A stretch of DNA of 64,000 bases from Camelus dromedarius. Taxonomy: Eukaryota. The stretch is taken from assembly GCF_036321535.1 (NCBI RefSeq), contig NC_087436.1, positions 64,482,001 to 64,546,000 on the forward strand, written 5' to 3'. The stretch's first letter is position 1; the number at the start of each line of letters is the position of its first letter. This document shows, piece after piece, positions 41,131 to 55,545 of this stretch. The translations under genes and the position numbers were made by a program. Under the pieces are notes generated by a model, which did no database searches, was not told where the DNA came from, and saw nothing but the letters and a program-made list of their open reading frames with translations.

Positions 41131-44100
41131 GCAGGATTAATTTTGAAAGCCATATATATCCTGAAACAAAGGAAACAAAGAAAATAGACATATAATTCTC
41201 ACAACAAACAACCATTTTAATTTATACTAGTAGAGCTTTTTTTTAATAAGCATGTATTTCGAGTCGTGTTTATTGCTTCTGTTTGTTTCCCCAAATATAA
41301 ATCTTAAAATCCTTTACGAATAAGAATCAAAACTATAATCTCACTTGAGGCATGCTTATCAGATGTTTCCTTAAAGTCTAGAGGGAAAAAATAAGACTAT
41401 ATTATGCAAATTTTTCACCAAAATTGAGACATAATAGAAGCTAAGAGATTCATTTAATCATATATTAAGTTGTAATAATGAAATAGGATGACCATTTTAG
41501 AAATGTGAATATATTATATCTGTCTCTTAAAGAGAAAGTGTAAAACCATGAAATAATATGGCATAACTGTGAAAAAGGTATTTCTATTAAAATGTAATAT
41601 ATCATATATTAAAATCAAACTCTATACTTATGTTATTTTATAAATATTTTCACTTCTATGATAATTTCTACTCTTTATAGATAACTATAATATAAATGCC
41701 TAGTACCTCCAAATTATACTAATGGTGCTTGCTATTCTTTGAGAGTAAAGCTAAATTCTAACTTTTCCAAATTTCTTTGATTAAGACTACAAACATAAAA
41801 GTAGGGTAAATCTGTCAGAAATGAACAATTTGCACAAAGAGTTCAAATTTTTCAGCTGACAGCATTTTAGCACACAGAGGGGAGTTGTCAAAATTTCACT
41901 ACAGGCAGTTTCATTCTATGCTATGATATATTTTAGAGTTTATTGAAAAGAATTAGGTGGTAAAATTCACTGTCGTCATCCTGAGAGAATATCAATATCC
42001 TTTTATTTCTCTTTGTGCCAATCTTGTTCTATTGTGCTTGGGTCACTCTGATCCCACTTTTGTAAGTCTATGCATATAATTCCTTTGCATGTAATTTTCC
42101 CAGTTCAGGTCTTTTGGGGTATATATTGATCTCTGTCAACTAAGTGAACATGCTGGCAGGTCCTGCTGGGCTGTCTTAATGAGAGATCCTCTCACAGATC
42201 ACATGGACTGATGAAAAGAAAGAAGGGATCTGCCCTGATTGTGGGGAAGATACACATCTCCCTGTCCCTTTTCTTTGAAAAAAAAAGTTAATTTCATAAA
42301 TGAACCGTGTATATATCGTAAAAAATCTCCTCTGAGTCTTCATTATCTTGCCTAACTATATCATTATAAACATAAAGAACTTCCTTGAACGCTGGACCTA
42401 TAATGAATATATTTGAATTTTTCTACTTGTCTCTGAAGTAAGTTGAGGCACATTTAGTTTGCTATGACTGTATTACCCAAAGATCTCCTTCTGATTCTTC
42501 TATAGATATACCTTCTCTAAGATTTACTGAAAGGAAAAATGCCTAATGGGCTTCATTTGAGAGTAACACATGATGAGTAGCTTTAACTTTGAGATCTGTT
42601 GTCACACTTCTCCATTGATCACATTTATTCAGTAAAATCCAGGACCATTTCCGTATCCTGGACCCTTCCTTGAGGGTGGGGGCTCAAAGCAAGGGGTTAG
42701 CATTTTTTTGCCATCTACCTGTGAACCTTGTTTCAGGTACCATTAACATGCTTTACCATTCCTCTTTTTGAGTTAGTGTTGCAGTGGATGTTTTCTGATC
42801 TATGGGCAGGGAGGACAAGAAAATTTAACATACTATGTTTTTCTTAGCATGCTAGGAAAGTCTTTGAAGCAAAACTTTAAAAACATAAACACAGCAGGCC
42901 AGCTTCCTGGCTCTGTGCTCTAGGGAACAAACCTCTTTGTTGTGAAGACCCTGGTCTATACTTTTCCCCTTTGCTGCTTGGCTTCTGTGGTTCTAGAAGC
43001 ACATTTTCACCTGCGAATTCTCCTTTGAAGTAATTCTAATACCACTTTTCAGGCACCATAACCTTTTATCCTAAACACATAATTTCAGTCTTTTCCTTTA
43101 TGGCATCAACTATTTTCAGTTCCATTATATACAGATAAATAATAGAAATATGGTGCCAATTTATCTAAGTTTTTTACAGTTTATCATAATAATGTAATTG
43201 CCACCTCCTTAATAATTATATTGGGGAAAATAAAACTAATAAAAGTACTTTAGAAGAGTATTTCTTAAAATAACTACTTTACATAAATGCACTGGGTTAA
43301 AGTCTGTATTGGGGGAATTGCCAGTTGAAATGGATATGCTGAGAGAGTTAACATAGTTATAAAATGTATAACACTTCTCAATTAATGAAAATTAGTTGCA
43401 CTATGAATTTATTTCCATTTGTGAAAGAAATTTTCCCAGTTTTACTATTTACCTTGTTTATGATTTGAAGTGTAGCAATTTTAACATTTGTCTTAATTTG
43501 TCTTGTGTCAATGATGTGAATTTTCACCAGAAATGCCTTGAATTCTCACAGTGACTAAGACATTTGAGTGGGTCCTAGGTTGGAAGAGAAGACACAGAAT
43601 CAGGAGTTCTTGGGCTTCCATCTCTCACGGAGTTGAGTATCTGAGTTGTCCTGTGTAAAGTCGTCACCAAATGTATTCATTTGGCTTACTCTTCCAATAA
43701 AGGCAGGTTAGAGAAGTGAAAGGGCGGTTCAGTTTTATTATTTATAAAGTTGTAGCAAATGTTAAAACAAGTTTAAGAAATCCTAGAAAACATTGAGGGT
43801 AGCCAAAATGTATGTCTTTGCACGAACGTGCGTGTAACTGTAAATATAAATATATGCACATACTTGCTATTCACATTTTTCGACATAGCACACAATTTCT
43901 GGAGAACACAAATTTTTGAGTATTTTATAAACTTTTATAACAGAAAATGAGTATAAAGCCTATTTCACCCTTTTTGTTTTCTTGGAATTTGATATATAGG
44001 CTGCATGTTGAAAAGGTTAAATAGTTGATACGTTCTTTTGATATTGTTTTGATAGGTGAATTTAATTGTAAGTATTTTTGTGGATTCAATAAATTAATAA

Positions 44101-45404
44101 ACTATGCCCTTTATGCATTTTTGCCATAAATAAGAAACCCATGGGAACTCCTCATCTTTTTTTTTTCTCTCTTCAAGAGCACTTTATAATATGGTAAATC
44201 ATATTTCCAAATATCACAAGATAATTAGGAGAGCAGACATGACAAATAACTTCAGTCTTACAGAGTCATAGTACCCACCTTGTGCTGGTTTCTCTGCTGG
44301 ACTTTCCTGAGTCACCCAAGGAGATTTTACTCTTTAGTAATTAAAGTTATTTTTGTCTTTCTTATAGACAAAAAATAATTATTTATTGAAAACCTACTCT
44401 GAGTCACATACATATTTATTGGGATCCCTTTAACTTTAGCAAATGGGTTTTTTAACTATATCCCATAATTTTGTATCTCTAATTGTAAATTCCAAGAATA
44501 AGTAGTTCACTTATTTATTTCCAGCACCTGGTATCAGTCACTTAGTAGGCATTCATTAAATATCATCCTAATGAATAAATGACTAATTGAGGGAATTAAT
44601 GAAAGCTCATTCACTGTTCCTTTCTCTTTTGCTGTTATTTAGGTTAAAGAGTTATTTTACCCAGTCTTTGCAAGTTCCAGGATGAATAACTGGTATAAAA
44701 CTAACAATTGATAATTTATTTTAAAAATATACAATTTTAAAATGACTCACTTTGAACAAAGATATATCATCAAGAAGATCATATATACTTTTTATTACAA
44801 TCCTGTGCAGAATATTCATTATATTCTTAAAATGCCATGAAGTATCTGAATATCAAGAAATGCAGCTGATACATAACAGAAATTTTGAGTCAGTATCCAA
44901 GCTGCCCACATTTTAATATCCCGTACCCAATCAGATTGTGTGTCAGCAAACGTGACAAAGAATGATCCCAGGTTGATCCAAAATTCTCATGTCTTAATTT
45001 CCTCCCTCCAAAAATTGGGTAATAAAAAAAAAAAACTTTTAAAAAGTAAGTTGTTTTTCATTACTTACATTTATCATTTTTGTTTGTTGATGAATAAGAT
45101 GTCAGAAATGCACAACACAGCAATGAAATATCCCAAAAAGAAACATTTATTAAAAGGGTAGAAATGGTAGAGAAACTCATGTTTAATGAAACTTGATTCT
45201 GTACTAGACACTAGTAATCTTTGTCACTATTAATTTCATTTTCAGAGTAAATCTGTGACCTAGATAATTTCATACAAGTGTATTGACTTTTAAGTCTCCC
45301 TTTTATACAAAACTTTATTTTCCTTTAATACCCCATTGCTAGCCCTATTTTTCTAGCCAGCCAAGTTTCTACACTTTCTACATTTTCTCTCATAAAAAAT
45401 TAGG

Positions 45405-45740
45405 GAAATAAAGGAGGAGAAGAGATGAATAAGCAGAGCACAGAGAATTTGTAATGTGGTGAAAATACTAGTATCATACCATAATCATGGACACGTGTCA
45501 TACATTTATCCAAATCCATATAACACCAAGAGTGAGCCTTAATATTATATGGACTTTGGGTGATTATGATGTGTCAGTGTAGATTCATCAGTTGTAACAA
45601 ATGTACCACTCTGATTGAGGGCACTGATAATGGCTTTAGTTGTATGGGGATAGAGCATAATACAGGAAATCTCTGTATCTTTTTAAATTTGCTGTGAATT
45701 TTTAAATACTCAAAAAATAACATCTTAATAATAAAAAAAG
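45405..45740 (+). mobile_element. L1MC-type 3' end
   Basis: gaataagcagagcacagagaatt...tatggactttgggtgattatgatgtgtcagtgtagattcatcagttgtaacaaatgtaccactctg, followed by an A-rich tail. Confidence 0.8.
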
Positions 45741-46471
45741 ATAAAGAAATAGTAGTATACAAAAAGGACACATAGATATGAGTCCTATAACTATCATCCT
45801 ATGTCTCCCTCTGCCCTTAACTAGAGCACGAGCTTGAGTGAATTCTGTCTTGCCCAGACCTGTTTCCTCCTCTGAATTACGGGAGTTGGGCTAGATGATT
45901 TCTAAGGAAACTATTTCATCTCTTTGATTTTTGTTTTGCCTAGTAAACTATCTCATTATATAAAGTTGTGTTTTATGCTTATCATTTAGTTGCAATCACC
46001 AAGTTACTACATTTCCTTGAAAAATAGTCTCCTCTTTCTGATTAAAGGAATTTCGTGTTATCTGTGCCATTGGTGATATTTTAGGTCATGGTACATTCTT
46101 AATCATGTGATACAAGAATCTATATGCATTAGAAAGGTGTGGTTAAACAGCTGATGTTCTAGAATTATACTTTAGAGCAGGCTTGACAAAATGCAGAATA
46201 TCAATGTGTTTCGATAAGGAAACAATTCAAAAAAAATAAATATATGTTACAGTTGTGTGTACGTGTGTTATAAGGGGGGAGAATAACTCCAGAAAGAGAT
46301 ACAAGATACTGGAAAGAGAGACTGCCTATGGGAAGTCATCAGGTTGATTAGATGCTATCATTTTGTCCCAGTTGAAAATGTACCATATCCATGTATTAGA
46401 TGTTCAAATAATTAGTATACTTAATAAGAACAGGGTATTTTTAGAATTAAAATAAATACCAGTTATTGAGT

Positions 46472-46914
46472 TGCATATTAGTTTTCTGTCACTGCTGGGA
46501 CAAATTACCACAAACAGAGGCTTAAACAATGCTACTTTATTACTTTACATTTCTCTAGAACAGAAGTTTGACACAGGTCTCACCAGGCTAGAAGCAGTTC
46601 TTTATATAGACTCTGGGAAGGGTCCTTGTCTTTTCCAGCTTATAGAAGCAGCCCCTGTTCCTTGACTCTGGTCCCCTTCCTCCATCTTCAAAGGCAACAG
46701 TAGCTATCTAGTCTTTCTCACATTGCATCATTCTGACTTACTCTTCTGCCTCCCTTTTTGACTTTTAAGAACTGCTGTCACTACATAGGATAATCTCCTC
46801 GTCTCAACTGTAAGCAAGTCTGCAAAGTCGCTTCTGCCATAGAAGTTAACATGTTCACAGATTCTGGGAATTAGAAAGTGGGCATCTTTGGAGGACCATT
46901 GTTCTATCTACCAT
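46472..46914 (-). mobile_element. MLT1 (MaLR) solo LTR
   Basis: tgcatattagttttctgtcactgctgggacaaattaccacaaa...ttcacagattctgggaattagaaagtgggcatctttggaggaccattgttctatctaccata. Confidence 0.8.
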
Positions 46915-47649
46915 AAGCTGTAAGCAAAATATCTGAGGTAACTTTAATTCCTAAATCAGAATCGCTCTGACAGAGAAGGAGGTTTATGGATACCCTCTTG
47001 GATGTCCTGTGCCAACTGACCAACTGAAATTATTGACCCCTGTGTTCATGCTAACATCACAGTTTTGCTCATTACGTTTGCCTATGTTTTTTTTTTATAA
47101 TCTAGCTTTTCACAACTCCCAACCCTGAACATTCACATCCTCAATCAAATAGGCCTGAATATTAACCACTCCTGTAGTAAAATATATTCCCCTTATTCTA
47201 CTGTGTGCAAAACATGCACTAAGTACAAGGGTGATAAACAATAGCAGAGATGTGAGTGGGGGTGGGGGGTGTCAGGGAAGGACTGCTTCCAAGGTCTTTT
47301 TTCTTTTTGCCAGCTTTTGGAAATCACAGTGATTAAAGGAGAGCTGTATTATTGAACCCTACCATTTTTAATGCCTCTGTTAAAATAAAATTTAAAAAAA
47401 AAAGTTGCCAGAAGAAGGCTAATATTTTTAACCTTTTATTAAGTAGAACATAATGTTTTGCTCATTGTTTGAGAAAAGTAATTTTAGAATCCTGATTGTT
47501 CTGTAATTTAGTCTTTTAGTAATGTAAACACTTTGTTTTAGGTTAGCCTGGAAAAGAAGAACTAAAAATTTCTAATGTTTCAGAAAGTTAGTATATTTGC
47601 CTCTCCCCACCCCGGTAGGTGTATTTATAGGATGTGGGGGCAGTGAGCT

Positions 47650-47790
47650 ATATAAGAACATGGTCTCTGGACTTGGAACCTGATTCCCACACACACTGTT
47701 GTGTAACCTTTGAAAATGCACTTAGCTTTAAAAGCTTTAGTTACTGTGTTTTTAAAATGGGAAGCAATATTTACCTCACATGGTGCCTCT
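47650..47790 (+). mobile_element. MIR fragment
   Basis: acatggtctctggact...tgtgtaacctttgaaaatgcacttagc...taaaatgggaagcaatatttacctcacatggt. Confidence 0.55.
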
Positions 47791-48287
47791 TAGTATTAGG
47801 CTCTTAGAAAATAATCATTTTTATTCATGTGATCTTCAGTTTTCTAATGTCATTCCTCTTTATTTTTGAAGGATTATAAAAAACTCGAAGTATAGGAAAG
47901 ATAAATGCTCTGATATCTTTCTTTTTTCTATTCTCTTTCTAGTTTATTGTTGTAATGCTTGCTACAATAGGTTTTTGATACTTCAAGGAATAATTTTGAA
48001 GCAGTGCTTCCAAAATTCAGTGTTTGTCATTTTAACTACCAGGTCTATTTCTTAAGCTTGTGAAAGAAAGAAAACCATTTGTATGGTTTTATTAAATAGA
48101 TTCTCCTGTATATCTGTGAGCACCTGGAATTTCATCATCAGTATAAAACATTCCTCAGTCCAATACAATTTCAGCACTAAGGCCAGTGTGATTGAAAGGT
48201 TTCACTTTTTTTAGATTGACTGATTTCTTCCTGACAATTGCTTCATTGAATCTTACATTAAATTCATTTCACAATGTATCTTCTTAA

Positions 48288-49010
48288 TTTTTAGGTATCA
48301 TAATGGTATTGTGTTTTAAAGAACTCGTATTTTATAGATATATACTCATGTAATTTACGGAGGAAAGTATATGGTGTTTGAGATTCACTTCACCATATTC
48401 TGCGATGGTGGAAGAGGCATGGGCGGAGAAGGATGGAGCAGTATAGCCCTACATTGACCGTTGTGGAAGCTGGGTGATGGGCATGTGTAGAGGCAGAAAA
48501 CCTTTCCCTTCTTTCCATCTAGGCTCTTTGGACTAATAATTAAATTGACTTGAGAAAGATTAACAGGAGAAAAACAAATTTGATTTCATGTGTACTGGAG
48601 CCCTGTAAAGTATAAGACTTAAAGAAGTGACCAAAGCAGGAAGCCTTTATACCTCTTAGACACAGAAGCAATACATTTGTGAAGAACTGTAAGACAAAAG
48701 GGTTTGGGCTTGGGGTAGTAAAATAGTAAAAAAAGTAACAAGGTCTGTTTATGCAGCTTCCTCAGCCTTGAAATTATCTGTCTCTGGGATAGTGATGCTT
48801 TCTACCCTCCTTCACCTGGGAGATTTATTTCCTGCTTTCAGCGGGACAAAGAAGGGTCAGTGTCTTCTTTGCGCCAGCTGTTTCTCAGGTAACTTTAATA
48901 CAAAATAATCAATATGCCAAAGTGGCGTATTTGGGGGTGGCATATTCTGCTCCCCTATACATGTATTCTTTATCCTTTCTCTTTTGTACATTTTTGAAAT
49001 GTTTTATTAT
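48288..49010 (+). mobile_element. old L1 (L1MC/L1ME) 3' UTR interrupted by an LTR
   Basis: ttaggtatcataatggtattgtg...gaagctgggtgatgggcatg resumes after the LTR as tattctttatcctttctcttttgtacatttttgaaatgtttt. Confidence 0.7.
48486..48959 (-). mobile_element. MER34-like ERV1 solo LTR (474 bp)
   Basis: 4-bp TSD CATG (48482-48485 / 48960-48963). The minus strand starts tataggggagcagaatatgccacccccaaatacgccactttggcatattgattattttg, the MER34-family 5' end. Confidence 0.85.
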
Positions 49011-50569
49011 TTCTTATCATCTTTGCTGCCCACCCTGCTTTGTGACTCCCTGCTCCCTATTCCTCTCACTCATCTGATCTGTAGGCTTCCTTCATATCCT
49101 CCCTTCTGCTGCCCCATGCCCACCACACTGTCACTGGACGACCACCTGCTGGTCCCTCAGTCTCTCTTCTCCCGGGTCCTGCTCTCCCCTCTCTTCACTT
49201 ACCTCAGTTAGATGCTGTTGTTGCTCTCTTTTCTGTCACCTCTGTCAAGGTGCGTATCATACTTCACTGTAATTGCTGAACCCTGCATCTAGGCTGAGTC
49301 TCTCATTGGAGCATTATATTATCTTGCTCATGTGGTATTGGTAATACTGGCCACAGAGTGGGAGTGGGTACTGAAGAAATAATTGCTGAATGAAATACAC
49401 ACACACACACACACAAAACTCAAGAAAGTTACCTTTGCTTCAAATTACTCCATCCATTTTCTGTATGGCAAGTAATATCCACTGGGGAGAAGACCATCCG
49501 TGACCTTTGTGCCTCCATCAGTGACTTCATATACTCAATAAGTCAAGCATGTAGTTGTTTTTCTGTTACTTCATATTTTACTAAAGTCACTGAAAATAAG
49601 GATGAGTAATAAGATGAAGTGAGAAAAGGAAACCAGAGTGAAAAGGTAGGTATTGGCAATTTTATAACTCTTTTCTTTGATGATTACTTTTGATTGGTGT
49701 TTATATCTTCACCTGAAAGCTTACTTTTTAAATGTCAGATGGTTATAGTCGGACTAGGATTTGAAGACAAAAAAGCAAGCTGTTGTAAGGCTAGGCACAC
49801 CCAGTTTTTCATCAGCACAAAACAACATGTTGACCTCTAGTATTTTTTTTATAGATAGCTGAGATTATTTCCAAGCAAAAAATTAAACTTTTTATGAGGA
49901 GGCGTAGCTGCTTTCAGAGTATTAGAAAAACTTAGAAAAATTCCATATGCCATTCTTAAATGTAATTAGTATATGTTCCCATATTCCACATGGAATCATT
50001 ATTGTAGAAGGGCAGAGACATACAGAGATGTAACTTGCTATTATTCTAAAGCTTGTAAAAGGAAAATGATGATATTAAAAATCCAATGAGCAAAAATATG
50101 AGATTTATTTATTGTTTTTAAGAAAGGGGAGATGTCATATCTCTAGAGGAAGTAATCAAGATCAGAAGTTGAAAATTTAAAGCAAACAAACAAAAAAGAA
50201 GGCATAAAATCTGCCTAGAGAGCCGTAAACTATTAAAGTTGTTTACAGTACTGTATAGAAAATGAGGAGAATTTGAGTTGAAGTGTGGTATAACTGGAGA
50301 AACCAGTGGGGACTTTATGGTAATAAAATGTATTTTTACTTCAGGAGCAAAGTTGTGTTCATTTTCCCAATTATATATCACTGTATTTTATTTATGCCTT
50401 TTTTTACTCATTGGTCATTGGTGACATTATTAATAGGTCTATGACTATGTGTAAAATTTGAAATAAATGTATTAGGAAAAAGCATCTGATACCAGCACAT
50501 TTCATTCTTTCATTCTTAATTACTAGAATTAGATTTGGGCTCTTATTTATACTTTTATCTTTTTACAGT

Positions 50570-50925
50570 TTCTCATAGAAGTCTGATACTATCTCCTGCC
50601 TTCTCTTGAACCCTTCAGATGCTATTCATGGAAATTAAATTAGGCCTTCCCTGCTTCACTCTATTTAAAATTTCAACCTGCCCCCTGCTTCCACCTCAAA
50701 TACCCTTTAACCTGTTCTAATTTGTTTCCAATGCCCTCAGCATTTTACGTGTATAATATTATTGATGCATTTATTGTGTTAATTGCTTACTGTCTGCCTT
50801 CCCCTACTTAAGAGTGCGGGTTATCATTTATTTTCTTGTGTGGCGTATGCCAACAACCTAAAAAGGCACCTGTCATGTAGTAGGCACTCAAGGAATGTTG
50901 GTTGATGAATGAAAGAATGAATTAC
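50570..50925 (+). mobile_element. L2 3' fragment
   Basis: Ends aaaaggcacctgtcatgtagtaggcactcaaggaatgttggttgatgaatgaaagaatgaat, the typical L2 tail. Confidence 0.6.
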
Positions 50926-52024
50926 TAATAATAGCTAAAAATTAAGTACTCTACTGTATACCAGTTGCACATAGAAATTAAACAGCTTCATACTTGCTGG
51001 CTAATAACTTAGATGCCTAAATAGTTCTATGGCAGAAATGTGGCAGAGTTCGAATACCAGCACAGGCAGTCCTGTTTTCCAAGCGTGATCTTACCTGTTA
51101 TGCTAAGCTTTCTAGACATGGCTCAATGGGGAAAAAGTACATATTTTTATAAATAAATAGTTTTCAACTCTTTTAATGTCTCAACACACTTGAAAAGTCA
51201 TGCCCCACACACCTTGAAAACAGCGACTTGCTAGGTAAGGCTTCAGAGGTAAGAGAGGGTCAAGGGCAGTTTTCTGCAGGCTAGCTGCGTGCCCTTTCTT
51301 ACTGTCCTCAGACGTCATTCTTGACAAACACCACCTTGATTTGACTTTTGAAAGTCACCAATTTCTCAAGATTTTAGGTTCCTTATTCTAAAATGTAAGT
51401 TTGGGACTATAAGCTAACAAATATCTTTCTCTCTCCAAATTCTGTGGTTCTAATTTCTGTGCTATGATGTACAAGTAAAGTATTGACAGTAGAAAGAGAA
51501 AAAAAAAGCCTTTTCCTGTACCTTATGCTGATCAAGCCTTTGCTATATTTGAACTTTAGTAGAAATTGCACCGGATTCCTCAGTGAAATAGAAATTAAAT
51601 AAAAGTTCAAAAAGAGATTGAAGATAGAAAAATAATGGCTTTTCCAAAATCTGTAATGGCCTTTGGGTTTTGCAATAATGCTGGATTCTACTGGCAAGAA
51701 CTCTTAAAAATTCTGCCTCTTTGGCATACCTAACACTGGATAGTTCACACATTGCCCCTTCAGAATGTGAGCTGCTCTTCCTTTGTTTTTGTTTTTTAGC
51801 CTAGATCATTTTTCTCCTACTTTCTTGATGTGGATGAACTATATAACTCCTGACCCAAACCCTCTGCTTTAGCTTTCTGTGTTCACTTGAGGAGATTGTT
51901 CCCTTCCCAGATTTTCACAGTTACCTTAATTATTTCAAAATCTCATCAATCCTGATTTAACTACACCATCATCTAAAAACAAACAAAGCAAACAAGCAAA
52001 AAAAAACTTTAAAAAAAAGTCTTT

Positions 52025-52635
52025 ATGAAGCCCTCATACACTCCTAATGAAAAATAAAATGGTACAGCTTCTTTGGAAATCAGACTGGCAGTTTCTCAAA
52101 ATTTTACATAGTGTTTACTATATGACCCAGTAATTCCACTTTTAGGTATATATATTCAAGAAAAATGTAACTTATGTCTGCACAAAAACTTGTATAGGAA
52201 GGTTCATAGCAGCATTATTCATAATAGTCAAAAGGTGGAAATGACCCTCAAAATCCATCAATTGATGAATGATACAAAAAATATGGTATTTTTAATGGAA
52301 TATTATTTGGCAACATAAAAGAATGAAGTACTGATTTGTACTACCTGAAAAAATTAAATTGAATAAAGGAAGTTGAGCACAAAAGACTATGTTTTTTATT
52401 TACCTGAAATTTACCAAACAGGTAAATCTATAGAGATGAAAAGCAGATGAATAGTTGCCTAGAACTGGAGTTGGAATGAAATGGAGAGTGACTGCTATGC
52501 TAGTAAACAGGCTTCCAATTTCTAATGGTCTCAAGTTGATTGTGGTAGAAGTTGCACAGATCTGTAAATATACTAAAAATACTGAATTGTATACTTGAAA
52601 TGGGTAAATTGTATGATAAGTAAATTACATATCAG
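52025..52635 (+). mobile_element. L1MB-type ORF2 end and 3' UTR
   Basis: aaatggtacagcttctttggaaatcagactggcagtttctcaaa...tatgacccagtaattccactttta...gtaaatatactaaaaatactgaattgtatacttgaaatgggt. Confidence 0.85.
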
Positions 52636-53809
52636 TATAGATATTTCACATAAATGTAAACATATGTAGGTAGATATATGTACATATACAAATACATACA
52701 GTGACATCTTTGTGCAAATGTATCATTCACCTAGACTAAAATTTGAATAAAATCTAACTCATAAGCTTCCCACATTGCCATTATTCTTCTAGACTCCTAA
52801 GCAGTAAACCAAGAAACTTTTTTCCTCCCCCTTTTTAATTCTTTGTAATTATTTTTGAAATCTATCAGTAAACAGTGCTTATTTCTTTGGTAATTAGTTT
52901 GTAGGAAATTAAAGGTAAAATGACAGGTGAACAGTAGCACCAGGAAATTTTAGTGGCACCTAAAATGCATATCCTATAAATTCAATCTTTAAAATTTAAA
53001 TTCTGCAACACAAAATAATTAAGAACAAGAGTATATAGATGAATTTTAACCTGGGGATATATTTCTTACAAGAAACAAAGATCACAGAACATAACTAAAG
53101 TGTTATTTTCAGTATATCTAGCTCTAAGGAGGTAGGAAAGTCAGAGTCAATAACTAATAATTACAACAATAACAGTCAAAAAAGTTTAATGACAGATATC
53201 AAGCAAGTTCAGAAATTTCATTCAAAATGGGGAAAATAGAATACTTAAACAATGAAATATCCTTACAACCAAAATATAGAAAACTTCAAAAAACATTTTT
53301 TTTTCCTATTTATTGAAAGGCAATTCAAACAAAAGGCAATTCATTTAAAACATATGAAGACAAACTATATTAGATGTTTATTCTGAAAATTATGGAAGTA
53401 ATGTAGTTCTAATAAAATCTCAATATGACTGTTTTGCTTTAAAAATTAGAAAAGAATGCAATAAAATTCAGAAGGAAAAATGAGCAGGTATGTATCTTTT
53501 TAATTTGAAAAAGTAAGGGCAAAAATAAAAACAGCACATCACATATTTAGATACATAAAGCTGCAGTTACAAGGACCAGGCAAGACTAGTAGAAGACAAT
53601 TATGGTGGAAAATGTGTCCGAATTTTAAAAATATGTGTTTGTGATGCTTTTTACCTCCCTATGCTCTTTTTGAACTGATTATATTTTTTATTGTTGAACA
53701 TTATTCACCATAAAGTTTAAGAGAAATGTTTATGGAAGTTATTTATGGTTTTAACTGGAGTTTATTATTACTATTATTTTGCAGTTATTCATAATGTTCT
53801 TTCTTTATT

Positions 53810-54561
53810 TGCTGTCTGTGTGCTGCTAGGTGGGGCTGTGTACCCACCCAGTTGGTTGCTTGTCTGATGCCTTCCAGTACTGATACCTACAGGTTGGTGG
53901 GCGGGACCAGGTTTCAGTGCTAATAGGCTAGAGGGAAGGTTCCAAAATGGCACTTACCAACACCAGTGTCCACATAGTAGAACAAGCTCCTAAAAATGGC
54001 TGCCACCAATGTCTGTGTCTCCAAGGTGAGCTTCAGGTGCCTCCAGCCTCTTCTGCAGGCTTTCCAAGGTCAACTGATGGGTCTGACCCAGGCTCCTTTC
54101 AAATTACTCCTTCTGCCCTGGGTCCTGGAGCATGTGAGATCTTATATGCTCATTAAAAGTGGAGTCTCTATTTCCCACAGCCCTCTTGCTCTCCCTACAG
54201 TAAGCCCCTTTTGGCCTTCAAAGTCAAATGTGCTGGAGGTGTGTCTTCCCGGTACAGGTTGGGGAGCCTGAATGGGGGCTCAGGCCCCTCACTCCCTGGG
54301 GAGAACCTCTGTAGTTGTAATTATCCTCCCCCGTGTGGGTCATCCCCCAGGGGTATGGGTCTTGACTATATACCAGGACTCCACCCCTTCTACTGGTCTC
54401 ATCGTGGTTCCTTTTTTATATCTTGAGTTGTGGAAGATTTTTCCTGCTGGGTTCCGGTCTTGGCTGTCAATAGTTTGCTCTGTAAGTAGTTGTAATTTTG
54501 GTATGCCCATGGGAGGAACTGAGCTTAGGGTCTTCCCACTCCACCATCTTGGCCAAACTCC
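53810..54561 (-). mobile_element. LINE-1 5' UTR fragment without downstream ORF1
   Basis: GC-richer block ccaaaatggcacttaccaacaccagtgtcc...gggagaacctctg...gagcttagggtcttcccactccaccatcttggcc. On the minus strand it begins ggagtttggccaagatggtgg, a typical L1 5' start with the YY1-type AAGATGG motif. Confidence 0.75.
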
Positions 54562-55359
54562 TTTTTCAGTCATTCTTAAAGGGGAGAAGGTGGAACTTTG
54601 AGAGACACTGAGTATTTTTTCAAACTATGCAGACCTTTCCCCATATTCCCATATGCCCAACCTGATAAAGAGCAGTTACTGCCCTGAGAATTATTGCCTC
54701 ATATTTATCTATTTGTTAGTTAGCCTTAGTTAGAAATAGTGCCTATTAAAGTAGGTTTTATTACCCTTCATGTATTTCTGTGGAGATAAATGTGTGCATA
54801 CCACTGATCTAAAGTAAAGCAGAAATCTTTAAGGATTGGATTGGTGTAATCAATCAACAACATTCTCCATAATTCCTAGTTTTTATCCTGTGGGTCAGAA
54901 ATTTCAGTCACCAAATTGAAATCCATTACTGCATTTCTCACCTTTCTCTAAGACTTAGAATCCGCGTCAGTTTTTACCACCGTGACTTTCCCTGCCACAC
55001 CTCTTCCTGCAGTTTGGTGGATTTCTCCTTGGAGAGAGAATGGAAATGATTGCACACCAAGTTCAGGACGTGACTACCAATCCTCCCCACCCCATTCCAC
55101 TGGCTCTTTGATATCCCCATTCCCCTCAAGGGACTGCACACTGGTCCTGTGCTGCCTACAGTATCTGTGTTGAACACTCTTGAAGTTACATGCTTATCCT
55201 AAGAAAAGAGACACGTGTGGCATTTAAAGGGACTGTTTACTTCATTCTGAATGTCGGGGTGACAGTTCTAAAAGCAGTTGCCTGTCAGAGTTTAATCACT
55301 AAATCTATACACATTATTTGCAAGTTTAGTGTACCTTCTTTGAGACAAATATTATGACA

Positions 55360-55545
55360 GATGAAAGCACTTCAAATTTGGAGTCAAATGCTAGCCTTGC
55401 TATGTACTAGCTGCAAGTTAGTTACATAAGCTCTGCTTGTTTCTTTGATTTTAAAATATGTAGACTAGCATAATACCTGCCTTTAAATTCTTATAGTGAT
55501 ATTGGCTGCATAAAAGGAGATGATGTATGTTTGAATGCATAGTGG
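55360..55545 (+). mobile_element. MIR fragment
   Basis: aagcacttcaaatttggagtcaaat...tactagctgcaagttagttacat...aatacctgcct...gatgatgtatgtttgaatgc. Confidence 0.55.

Noticed and set aside
53947..54601. Cluster of 69-109 aa overlapping ORFs suggesting a small gene
   Set aside because: Explained by the higher GC content of an L1 5' UTR. No coherent protein.
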